Below are positions 1 through 7,125 of a stretch of DNA of 29,030 nt, piece after piece. Location: positions 1 to 29,030 of the IMG/VR virus record IMGVR_UViG_3300033067_000093; one strand, written 5' to 3'. The notes beneath the pieces were generated by a model, which did no database searches, was not told the DNA's origin, and saw only the letters and a list, made by a program, of their open reading frames with translations. Made by a program: the position numbers and the translations under genes. Positions within the stretch are counted from its first letter, which is position 1; every line of letters starts with the position of its first letter. This stretch comes from a virus (Duplodnaviria > Caudoviricetes).

Positions 1-38
1 TTGGCCTGTAGTATGATGGCCTCGCTAGGATAGGTAGT

Positions 39-79
39 ATAGTAACAGTAGAATTATGCACTGTCAAGCATTATTTTCA
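39..79 (-). promoter_or_regulatory. Strong host sigma70 early promoter (A-type)
   Basis: Minus strand TTGACA (67-62), 17-nt spacer, TACTAT (44-39) with a TGn extended -10. A/T-rich UP-like tract TGAAAATAATGC lies just upstream. Confidence 0.85.
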
Positions 80-138
80 TTCCCGGCTACACCCTGCTAA
101 ACCGTTCAGGTTGGATAGTGCCGCCGTTCATGTGTATC

Positions 139-179
139 AATATGCCATAGCCTGTTTGGTATTGCAAGCATTATTTTCA
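139..179 (-). promoter_or_regulatory. Second host sigma70 early promoter
   Basis: Minus strand TTGCAA (167-162), N17, CATATT (144-139) with TGn. Shares a 15-bp upstream block (CAAGCATTATTTTCA at 65-79 and 165-179) with the first promoter. Confidence 0.65.
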
Positions 180-368
180 ATTATTTTCATAATAATGCAA
201 TCAGCTATATAATTCAATAGATTATAGGTATAGAATCTAATTCACTTCATATAAGAAGGATAAGGCGGCAATAAGTTCATATTGGTTAATGTCGGTATCA
301 GTTTATAAATAGCATATATCTATTGATATAGGCGCAATAGATTAGAATAGCTGTAAGCAAAGCTAACA

Positions 369-397
369 AGGATAGTACAGCATAGAATGAATGTCAA
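369..397 (-). promoter_or_regulatory. Third host sigma70 early promoter
   Basis: Minus strand TTGACA (397-392), N17, TATCCT (374-369), with AT-rich upstream sequence. Confidence 0.7.
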
Positions 398-510
398 GCG
401 ATAAAATAGCATAGAATGAAAATAAATAGATTGCATGTAAGCTAGTGCTATGATAGGTTAATGATAGATTAACAAATATGGTGATACATGGTAGAATGAA
501 TCAGAATGAA
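379..510. repeat. Short direct repeats near the genome end
   Basis: AGAATGAA at 384-391, 413-420, 493-500 and 503-510. The longer AGCATAGAATGAA occurs at 379-391 and 408-420. Confidence 0.7.
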
Positions 511-707
511 ACAAGATAGATAGCTCACACGTACACACCCGCTTACATCTGAGCGGAACAGGGCAAGCAACAGCAATCCATGAGCTTGCGCTAGGGTAGT
601 ACCTGAGCACTCAGCACATGCCCTATGGGGGACGTACACGCGGTGAATCTATTCGATACCCTCACGAAAATGAAACCCATTTTAAACATTCTGTACATTC
701 GCCTTAA

Positions 708-1059
708 TACACAGCAGCTTAACCGACATTGCTGTCGATCAAGCCACTGGTGCAGCACAGCCGAAGCCATGCCGGGGATAGTGCTCGCCTACGAGCGTAG
801 CGGAACAGCAGACCTGTATCTATTCGTTTTCGACTTACTCTTTGCCCGGAAACCGGGTCAGGAGCAGCGAATCACCTACCTCGGCTATACAGGTAGCTGA
901 GGGCGTATGAAACGCCTAGAATCGAAAGAATGTGACCTGCTTCGTGACCTGCACGGGTGTACCCTCGGAGTATGGAATGCTAGTAAGGGCATAGGAGCTA
1001 TTCCAAGGGTACGCCAATACAGGCGGAGTGAAGGAGGGAGAGCCGAAGCCCTCCCGTCC
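708..1059 (-). ncRNA. Candidate structured non-coding RNA / structured 3' end of late transcript
   Basis: Cluster of hairpins: 17-bp stem with GCAA loop (712-749, 4 G-U pairs valid only on minus), C(UUCG)G hairpins at 755-772 and 1036-1055, and further stems at 845-857, 872-900 and 956-1015. Confidence 0.5.
1033..1059 (-). terminator. UUCG-tetraloop hairpin after last late gene (terminator or 3' stabiliser)
   Basis: GGGAGGGC-TTCG-GCTCTCCC lies 7 nt after the stop of 1063..1341. The U-tract is poor. Confidence 0.5.
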
Positions 1060-1062
1060 AGC

Positions 1063-1341
1063 TTAGATAGGGGTGTATTGCGTAGCAACAACGCCAAGGT
1101 CTTGCCACTTGTCAGCGGGCAGACGACCGAGCGCCATTACCATGCGGTACGTGCTCGAACCAGTATCAGCCAGTACAACCATACCAGCATGTTTACCAAG
1201 GCTCGATGGGCCGTTTGCACGACCAACACCTTTACGGCCATCGCCGTTCTGGTTGACCGAAGCTGCCAGCAAGCTGAGATCAGCAATCGGCACAACGGTG
1301 AATTCACCAATTTTGGTATAAGCAGTGTTCTGTGTAGCCAT
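1063..1341 (-). CDS. Small virion protein, putative capsid decoration protein
   Basis: 92 aa; RBS AAGGA. The GKxxGMVV...A.G..P.D.W...TP pattern resembles small terminal structural proteins of SP6/phiKMV-like phages (recalled, not searched). Confidence 0.55.
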   Translation of the reverse strand: MATQNTAYTKIGEFTVVPIADLSLLAASVNQNGDGRKGVGRANGPSSLGKHAGMVVLADTGSSTYRMVMALGRLPADKWQDLGVVATQYTPI

Positions 1342-1371
1342 TGTATTATTCCTTTATGGAGTTAGAATGAA

Positions 1372-2127
1372 TTAAGGTGCAACGTAGTATCCGGCAGTAG
1401 CTCGCCAGATAACGCCAGTGGTAGCTGGACATACGATGGTGGTTGCAGTAGCCTGTGCCGAGGAAGCCAGCGAATACGCGAAGTCTTCCCGCCACCGATC
1501 AAGAGTACCTTGTGCAGCAGCCTCAGCAGCAAAGCTGAATGCCAGAGCACCGGGCAAGTTCGTGGTGGTTACAGTGACAGGCGCAGCAGCGGGGGTCAGT
1601 GCCGCAGACGCGAACCGATTGATCGACAGGTACGTGAGGTATTGTCGTAACCCAGCACCCGGAGAGGGCATAGTCAGCGTAACGGCAGCACCCGCAGCAC
1701 CAACGGCTGTCACCAGCAGAGGGGTGATAGTTTGCTGAAGTTGCGGAGTCATACAGGAGATGCTTGATGCAAGAGTTGCAGCAGCAAGTCCAGAGGTGTA
1801 CGCAGTGACACGGGCACGGAGGAAGTTAAATCCAGCGCACTCACCGAACCACGTACCAGCAACAGCACCAGTGATCGCTACTACATAAGCAGTAGAGGCC
1901 ACGTTAAATGGTCGCATAGGGATCGCTAGCCAGTTTACACCGTCTACTGATCCAGCAACCTCAACAGTCATGTTGAATGTACCACGGAGATCGAGGGACA
2001 AGGAGGATGCACCATCGGCAGGTAACAGTATCTCAGCGTTAAGTGAGCTTAGGTTACCAGCAATGAATAGATTCTCTCTTGGGTGGAGCGAACCACCTAC
2101 TCCGAGGTCTTTAGTAATTTTCGCCAT
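1372..2127 (-). CDS. Hypothetical beta-rich virion structural protein (two-domain)
   Basis: 251 aa, Ala/Thr/Gly-rich. GTF..TV...GSVDG.NW and FLRARVTAYTSG segments are typical of beta-sandwich phage structural proteins. Starts 2 nt after the upstream stop. Confidence 0.6.
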   Translation of the reverse strand: MAKITKDLGVGGSLHPRENLFIAGNLSSLNAEILLPADGASSLSLDLRGTFNMTVEVAGSVDGVNWLAIPMRPFNVASTAYVVAITGAVAGTWFGECAGFNFLRARVTAYTSGLAAATLASSISCMTPQLQQTITPLLVTAVGAAGAAVTLTMPSPGAGLRQYLTYLSINRFASAALTPAAAPVTVTTTNLPGALAFSFAAEAAAQGTLDRWREDFAYSLASSAQATATTIVCPATTGVIWRATAGYYVAP

Positions 2128-2129
2128 AA

Positions 2130-2540
2130 TCAGCCTTTAATATAATTGAGTTTGACTGGGCCAGATGTTCTCTCGCTGAATGCAAGAGTGACATCAAACG
2201 ATCCAGTATCAGATACAGTTGATATGGTACAGGGACTAAGTAACTCTGGAGTGTTCTCGTCAGTATCCGATCCAGCGGCTAGTGAAGCCAGTATCACGGT
2301 ACTCGGAAGTACAGCAGCGTCTACGATAGTCTCAGTGCGTTCGTATGTACCTCGGCCATCTGGGAACACTACTACAGCGAGTGCTGCAATAGCGGTTCCC
2401 AATGGAGCGTAACGAGCATCGCCACGGGCATCGTTATGATACTGTGGGTGATCGTCCGCATCGAGGCCAGTCAGAGCACCATGAGAGGTTACGCCGCCAC
2501 CTGCGCCCCCGGTAGTTGAATTACCCGGAGCCTTCAACAT
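2130..2540 (-). CDS. Fibre-like protein with HxxLxGLxxDDHPQY motif
   Basis: 136 aa. A Gly linker precedes SHGALTGLDADDHPQYHNDARGDARY, a motif seen in phage fibre shafts. TAATG coupling to the upstream gene. Confidence 0.6.
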   Translation of the reverse strand: MLKAPGNSTTGGAGGGVTSHGALTGLDADDHPQYHNDARGDARYAPLGTAIAALAVVVFPDGRGTYERTETIVDAAVLPSTVILASLAAGSDTDENTPELLSPCTISTVSDTGSFDVTLAFSERTSGPVKLNYIKG

Positions 2541-3037
2541 TAGAGGTTACTCAATGTCGTCAGTTTAGCCTTGTATTCGTCTTTAACCGAGTTCGCTTCA
2601 GCCGTAGCTGCACGAGCCTTGGAGAGTTCGTTCTCCAATTGGTTTCCCTTAGCAACGTAAGCCGCGACACTTGCTTTCAGACGAGCCTCTGCGTTAGCGA
2701 GTTCATCTTGGCGAGTAGCGATAGCCGATTCCGCCGTAGCGACAGCAGCCTCTTTCAAGGCGACTTTAGCTTCACGGTCTACGAGTGCAGTTTCCAGCGC
2801 CGCCAGTTCATCAGCACGAAGAGCAGCATCAGCGACATCGGAATCGAGTTTAGCTACGCTAGCATCGAACGCTGCTTGTTCCTTGCGGAAGTCTTCAGCT
2901 TTCAGAATGGTCTCGTGAGCGTCTACCAATTCAGGGATACGTTGTGCGTACTCTGGGTCTTTGATAAGGTTGATGAGGTCAGCAATAGCGAGTAGACTTC
3001 CAGCAGCAGCCAGAGTCGTTGCGTTTACAGTAGCCAT
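2540..3037 (-). CDS. Coiled-coil protein
   Basis: 165 aa, Ala/Glu/Lys heptad-rich over more than 100 aa. TAATG overlaps on both sides. Confidence 0.65.
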   Translation of the reverse strand: MATVNATTLAAAGSLLAIADLINLIKDPEYAQRIPELVDAHETILKAEDFRKEQAAFDASVAKLDSDVADAALRADELAALETALVDREAKVALKEAAVATAESAIATRQDELANAEARLKASVAAYVAKGNQLENELSKARAATAEANSVKDEYKAKLTTLSNL

Positions 3038-3366
3038 TAGATTCCCTCCCCGATTGAAACAAGCAAGTCGCTCGTGCCAGTCGATGTAATAGTTGAGATG
3101 CTCCAGTCAGTAGCATTCCCTTTGAAGAAGATAGCATCCTCTCCCGGCAGTACCGGAAGGCAGGTCGTAGTGGGAGTCCCAGTCGGCAAGGTCGCTACCA
3201 CTGCTACAGGAGCAGGGGCGATGTGAACGTACACGGTGTTTGCACCGAGGTTACACAGACGGATGGAAGCTCCAACATTAGGCAATGCTACCGGAGCACT
3301 AGCGGCAACTCCCGCAGTGATCTTCAGAGTCGGCGCGTTCACGGAGAACGCTCTGATCTTTGACAT
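3037..3366 (-). CDS. Hypothetical small beta-sandwich (virion) protein
   Basis: 109 aa; RBS AAGGA. IRLCNLGANTVYVHI...LPVLPGE...IGEG pattern. Confidence 0.6.
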   Translation of the reverse strand: MSKIRAFSVNAPTLKITAGVAASAPVALPNVGASIRLCNLGANTVYVHIAPAPVAVVATLPTGTPTTTCLPVLPGEDAIFFKGNATDWSISTITSTGTSDLLVSIGEGI

Positions 3367-3378
3367 AGTATATCCTTT

Positions 3379-3591
3379 TTATTGTGAGCAGAAATGTTCC
3401 CACTTTTCGTTATGAGATACGATCTGTTGTTTCGTACCCTTGGTCACCTTGTCAAGCCGCGAGGGATTGATCGGTTTCGTCCAAGAGCATTCTGGAGTGT
3501 AGACAGTTCTAGTCCCGCAGCCACTTATCGTAGCGGCGATCAAGGTCAAGATCAGGAAGCGCGATAACGCTTTGGTCGATTTTTGCACCAT
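3379..3591 (-). CDS. o-spanin (Rz1-like outer-membrane lipoprotein)
   Basis: Basic N-terminus, hydrophobic stretch and lipobox ISG-C. Overlaps the 3' end of the i-spanin in another frame. RBS AAGGAG. Confidence 0.8.
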   Translation of the reverse strand: MVQKSTKALSRFLILTLIAATISGCGTRTVYTPECSWTKPINPSRLDKVTKGTKQQIVSHNEKWEHFCSQ

Positions 3592-3775
3592 CTGTTACTC
3601 CTTTCGTTGTTGCGGCCAATTGAGCCGTAGCTAATTCTCCACGCTCTTCAGCCGCACCCACCGCCTTACCCGCATGATAGGTTCCAATCAAGGACACGAC
3701 TACCAGCACGGAGGCAATGAGATACAGCTTATAGGAGGCTAGGAAGCCTTTAATGTAGGAAATGATTTTGGTCAT
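3509..3775 (-). CDS. i-spanin (Rz-like)
   Basis: 88 aa, single N-terminal TM (LYLIASVLVVVSLIGTY) then a helical periplasmic part. Follows the putative endolysin. Confidence 0.75.
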   Translation of the reverse strand: MTKIISYIKGFLASYKLYLIASVLVVVSLIGTYHAGKAVGAAEERGELATAQLAATTKGVTDGAKIDQSVIALPDLDLDRRYDKWLRD

Positions 3776-3783
3776 TTAGATTC

Positions 3784-4188
3784 CTAGTGAAGTGCGAGAT
3801 CAACACCCATGTAAATGATGTCGTCCGAGTACGGCTGTACACCGTTCTCCTGCCGGATGATTGCTTTCGCAAGTTTAGCCAGCGTCTCGCGGTTTTTGAG
3901 ATTGAGAGCAACCTTAGCACCGAAGCCAGACCACTTCGCTACATTTGAGATGTAAGCAGCAGTCGGATTTTCATGGGCAGGTGCCCACCGGGTAATCATT
4001 CCTTCAATCGTATTGAGTTTGTACTTCACCTGATACGTGATCAGGATTTTGCACAATGCCCGGATGCCGTACTCAGCATCAGTGAAGGAACAGAACCGTG
4101 GGTCTGCCTGTACGTCAGACAGCCCTTGCCACTTCTGGCCTTGTTCAATGTTACCGGGGTTGTTGAGACGAACGCCCTTCGTAGGCAT
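3784..4188 (-). CDS. Putative endolysin / lysozyme-like protein (NNPGNI...RWAP..EN.T..Y family)
   Basis: 134 aa with RLNNPGNI, F..F...EYGIRAL, TRWAPAHENPTAAY and AII..ENG motifs. Sits directly before the spanins. Confidence 0.7.
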   Translation of the reverse strand: MPTKGVRLNNPGNIEQGQKWQGLSDVQADPRFCSFTDAEYGIRALCKILITYQVKYKLNTIEGMITRWAPAHENPTAAYISNVAKWSGFGAKVALNLKNRETLAKLAKAIIRQENGVQPYSDDIIYMGVDLALH

Positions 4189-4553
4189 TAGAATAGTTCT
4201 TTTTGAGCGGGTTCTTCAGCTTCTTTGGCTTCGTTCTCTGCAACGACAGCGTCGATAGCAGCTTGGCGCACTTTAGCGTCAACGGTGAACTTGGCTTCAA
4301 GGTGAAGGCGACCGATGTTGATTACTTCATCGACGAGGCGTTTCTTATCGAGAGCACCTTGTACGCGAGAAGCAGCCGCTACGAAGGCAGCTTTCAGATC
4401 ATGGGTCAGACCCCAGAGGTCAGTCGGCCATTCAACGAAAGTCGGATTGTGAGATACAACCTGAGTTGCTTCCTCGGCTTCAACCGTGGTAGCTTCAGGC
4501 GTAACTTCATCAATGACTTCAGCTTGAGCGGCTTTAGTAATTGGATTCGCCAT
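4188..4553 (-). CDS. Hypothetical protein, acidic termini, C-terminal QKELF
   Basis: 121 aa; RBS AAGGAG. TAATG overlap with the endolysin. Confidence 0.75.
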   Translation of the reverse strand: MANPITKAAQAEVIDEVTPEATTVEAEEATQVVSHNPTFVEWPTDLWGLTHDLKAAFVAAASRVQGALDKKRLVDEVINIGRLHLEAKFTVDAKVRQAAIDAVVAENEAKEAEEPAQKELF

Positions 4554-4564
4554 TACTGGTCTCC

Positions 4565-6370
4565 TTAATGTTTGCGTCTAAATTTGGAGAATGCGTTGGG
4601 CGCACCTCCGGTTCCATTCATTCCCGGAATCTTTCGTCCGTTACCGAGTGGATTGCTGATGAGCTTCTTCCACTGATCGCTCTTTGCCTTAGCTGCCATC
4701 TTAGCAGCGTCTTGTGCAAGAGCATCGACCCAGTAGCGGCAGGAACCTGCCACAGCATCGAGTCGGTCATCATGAATTAGCGCACCTTTCTCCCGCGTGA
4801 TGCGAGAGAGTTGGAAGAACAGGCTGAATGTAGCGCGGCGTTCTACCGGATACTTCTGAACCGAGTTCCAGTCCTTCGTGATCAACTCTGGATCAACCAC
4901 CAATCGGTTCGAGCCGATCATTGGTTCCAGTGCGTCGATAATACGAAGTTCTTTCTGTCCAGATTCCCATACTTCCTCAATACCACAGGTGTGGTTGATC
5001 TCTTTGAGAGCCGAGTGTAGGGTCGGAGTCCAGATGCGTTGGAACGCACCTTTACCGAAGTTCTCCTCGATCTGTACAACGTGCGGTTTCCACTTGACCA
5101 CAACATTCGTAAGCCACTTGAGCTTATCGTCTGTGTAGCCACCGGGTGTACCACCGAAGTCCACGAGGAATACACGGCCACCAAGAAACTTGGTCACTGC
5201 GTAAGCGAGTTCATCGCCGTTCTTACCGCCACCAGCCGGGTCAACATACATGTGACAACCAGCGAAGGCTCCGAACTCCTCTCCGCCGCCAGTGGCAGCG
5301 TAGTACGCCTCCTGCAAAGGGAACCCCTGAGGAGGATGGATGCGATTCGACTCTAATGCAGCCCAGTTCACGATCAACGGAGCAGACTCCTTCGGAATCT
5401 GCATGAAGACGAGAGAACGAGCTTTAAGCGGGTAGCGATCCTCATCCATGAGTTTAGTATCAAGCATGTGCTGGAGTTGGAAGTACGCTTTCCCTTGGTC
5501 TATCTCTTTTGCACAGAGAGTTTCCTCATCGAGCATGTCAGGATCGGTGGGTTGACCACGATCTCCTGTCGGCCCACCACCTGTCATCAGGGATGGGTCT
5601 GCTTCGAGCCGAGCACGGAGTGACGGAGCGAGGAAGGAACTGTAATTCGATAATTCCTCCGCAGTAGGATAGCGACCTGTCCAGATACGAACCTCGAAGC
5701 CACGAGAGGGCAGTGAGTTGTACACGGAATCGTTATTCTGCGGAGTACCGAGGTAAATGATGTCTCCGGTCGAACAGATGGAGGTGAAGTCCTTGGTCAA
5801 GTGAGCGAGACGTTCACGTTGTGTGGCGGTCTGGCTGTTCTTGCCGGATTCGATGTCATCTGCGATGAGTACGTCAGCGCGTTTACCTTGGAGGTTTGAT
5901 GTAATACCAACGCAAGCAACAGATGGAGATTTCTCTGCACCTTTGAGAGTGTGGTGTACATCGAATGCTTTCACGCTAGAGCGATCCCCGAAGGACGTGT
6001 CCGGACGGAGGCATTCAAGCTCAGGCATGTGCATAATCATTTGAATCACCCAGTTCGCAATCTCCGTTGCCATATCGGAACCAGCCGAGATGATAAGGAT
6101 GCGCGTCTTGGGATCATGGATCAACCGCCATACAGCATACGCTGCGGTGATGGTTGTCTTTGCTTGGCCACGTTGGGCCTGAATCATTTTATACTTCGGC
6201 CCTTCGGCCAAATAGTTTGCGATGTCAAGCTGGAGCCACGTACATTGGAATCCAAGTACATCAGTGATTACGTCATAGAGGAAGTCCTCGAATTTGGCGT
6301 AGTGCTCCTGCAATCGTTCTAAGTCGGCCCACCGTTGTTCAGCGAGTTCGACAGCTTCGATGTTAGGCAT
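4565..6370 (-). CDS. terL: Terminase large subunit (T7 gp19-like)
   Basis: 601 aa. Walker A-like AQRGQAKT, Walker B LIADDIE, YLGTPQ, nuclease DPAGGG..GDE and HDDRLDA motifs. Confidence 0.97.
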   Translation of the reverse strand: MPNIEAVELAEQRWADLERLQEHYAKFEDFLYDVITDVLGFQCTWLQLDIANYLAEGPKYKMIQAQRGQAKTTITAAYAVWRLIHDPKTRILIISAGSDMATEIANWVIQMIMHMPELECLRPDTSFGDRSSVKAFDVHHTLKGAEKSPSVACVGITSNLQGKRADVLIADDIESGKNSQTATQRERLAHLTKDFTSICSTGDIIYLGTPQNNDSVYNSLPSRGFEVRIWTGRYPTAEELSNYSSFLAPSLRARLEADPSLMTGGGPTGDRGQPTDPDMLDEETLCAKEIDQGKAYFQLQHMLDTKLMDEDRYPLKARSLVFMQIPKESAPLIVNWAALESNRIHPPQGFPLQEAYYAATGGGEEFGAFAGCHMYVDPAGGGKNGDELAYAVTKFLGGRVFLVDFGGTPGGYTDDKLKWLTNVVVKWKPHVVQIEENFGKGAFQRIWTPTLHSALKEINHTCGIEEVWESGQKELRIIDALEPMIGSNRLVVDPELITKDWNSVQKYPVERRATFSLFFQLSRITREKGALIHDDRLDAVAGSCRYWVDALAQDAAKMAAKAKSDQWKKLISNPLGNGRKIPGMNGTGGAPNAFSKFRRKH

Positions 6371-6385
6371 TTCGTTTCCTCATAA

Positions 6386-6425
6386 CATTTATCGTGGAGA
6401 CCATTGCTGACCTCCACTGTAAATA
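6386..6425 (-). other. Intergenic GNRA hairpin, possible RNase III processing site
   Basis: GTGGAGGTCA-GCAA-TGGTCTCCAC (6417-6394) with tandem G-U pairs, extended by an AU stem past a 2x2 internal loop. Lies between terS and terL. Confidence 0.5.
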
Positions 6426-6436
6426 CTAATAAGTAC

Positions 6437-6763
6437 TTATTCGTCTTCAGAGTGAATCGGAAGTACGTTACCGACTGCCTTCCGCTCTTTTTTAGCGGCG
6501 AGGCGCTTCTCCAAATCGCTCATCTCTTTCGAGTCTTCGACTTGGCAAGTGATGTCGTTATCCTTAAGGAACTTCGCTGCAATCGTCAGCAATGCTGGCG
6601 AGGCAATCGAGCACTTCTCAAGGAAGTCGGCTACATTCTCCGGGAGTTCGCCCCGATGTTCGTGAAGAAGGCCAAGTGCAATGTCGGCGTTCTCAAGTTG
6701 GTTGGCTAGTTGACGGGCTACCTTTTTGTGTAGCTCACCTAGCTCTTTGTCTGTAGCTTGCAT
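6437..6763 (-). CDS. terS: Terminase small subunit (T7 gp18-like)
   Basis: 108 aa, LGELH..VA and SPALL..AAKFLKDNDI motifs. Directly upstream of terL. Confidence 0.9.
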   Translation of the reverse strand: MQATDKELGELHKKVARQLANQLENADIALGLLHEHRGELPENVADFLEKCSIASPALLTIAAKFLKDNDITCQVEDSKEMSDLEKRLAAKKERKAVGNVLPIHSEDE

Positions 6764-7125
6764 TATTTAGTTACTTTGTCCGTTAAGTTTTCAGCGGCAC
6801 GTTTAGCGATCTCGCCCATAAAGCCTTTGTTCTTGAGAATCCCAATTACAAAGTCACGGGCAAGCAAACTGGCAAAGCTGGAGCATGACAGAGCGACATA
6901 GTCGCCCCAACCAAAGCTCAAGGCTAAACCACCAGCCAATGTACCGATGATTACTCCTAAGAGGATTGTCACCATAGACATCTGGATGCTTCGCTGTTCG
7001 GGAGCCAGCATGAGTTTAACGAGAGCGAACGTGAATGAGATACCTGCAAAGATGAGCAAGTCCCCGAATTGTTCGCGCAAGTGTTGAATCATGGGAATCC
7101 TGTTTAGGTTAGAAGTGATAGGCAT
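6763..7125 (-). CDS. Putative holin (about 3 TM, charged C-terminus)
   Basis: 120 aa with three hydrophobic segments and a Lys/Arg-rich tail. Occupies the T7 gp17.5 position before terS. Confidence 0.7.
   Translation of the reverse strand: MPITSNLNRIPMIQHLREQFGDLLIFAGISFTFALVKLMLAPEQRSIQMSMVTILLGVIIGTLAGGLALSFGWGDYVALSCSSFASLLARDFVIGILKNKGFMGEIAKRAAENLTDKVTK

Noticed and set aside
446-454. Plus-strand extended -10 (TGCTATGAT), possible leftward A0-like promoter
   Set aside because: No recognisable -35, and such matches are common in AT-rich DNA.
980-1033. Promoter fragments near the right end (CTAGTAAGG on plus at 980-988; TTCACTCCG on minus near 1024-1032)
   Set aside because: Half-sites only, needing gaps to align; cannot support a phiOR-like promoter.
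625-1365. ORFs 625..900 (+), 885..1097 (-), 907..1365 (+), 1073..1321 (+)
   Set aside because: No convincing RBS or protein-like composition. They overlie a hairpin-rich non-coding tract or are antisense to a real gene.
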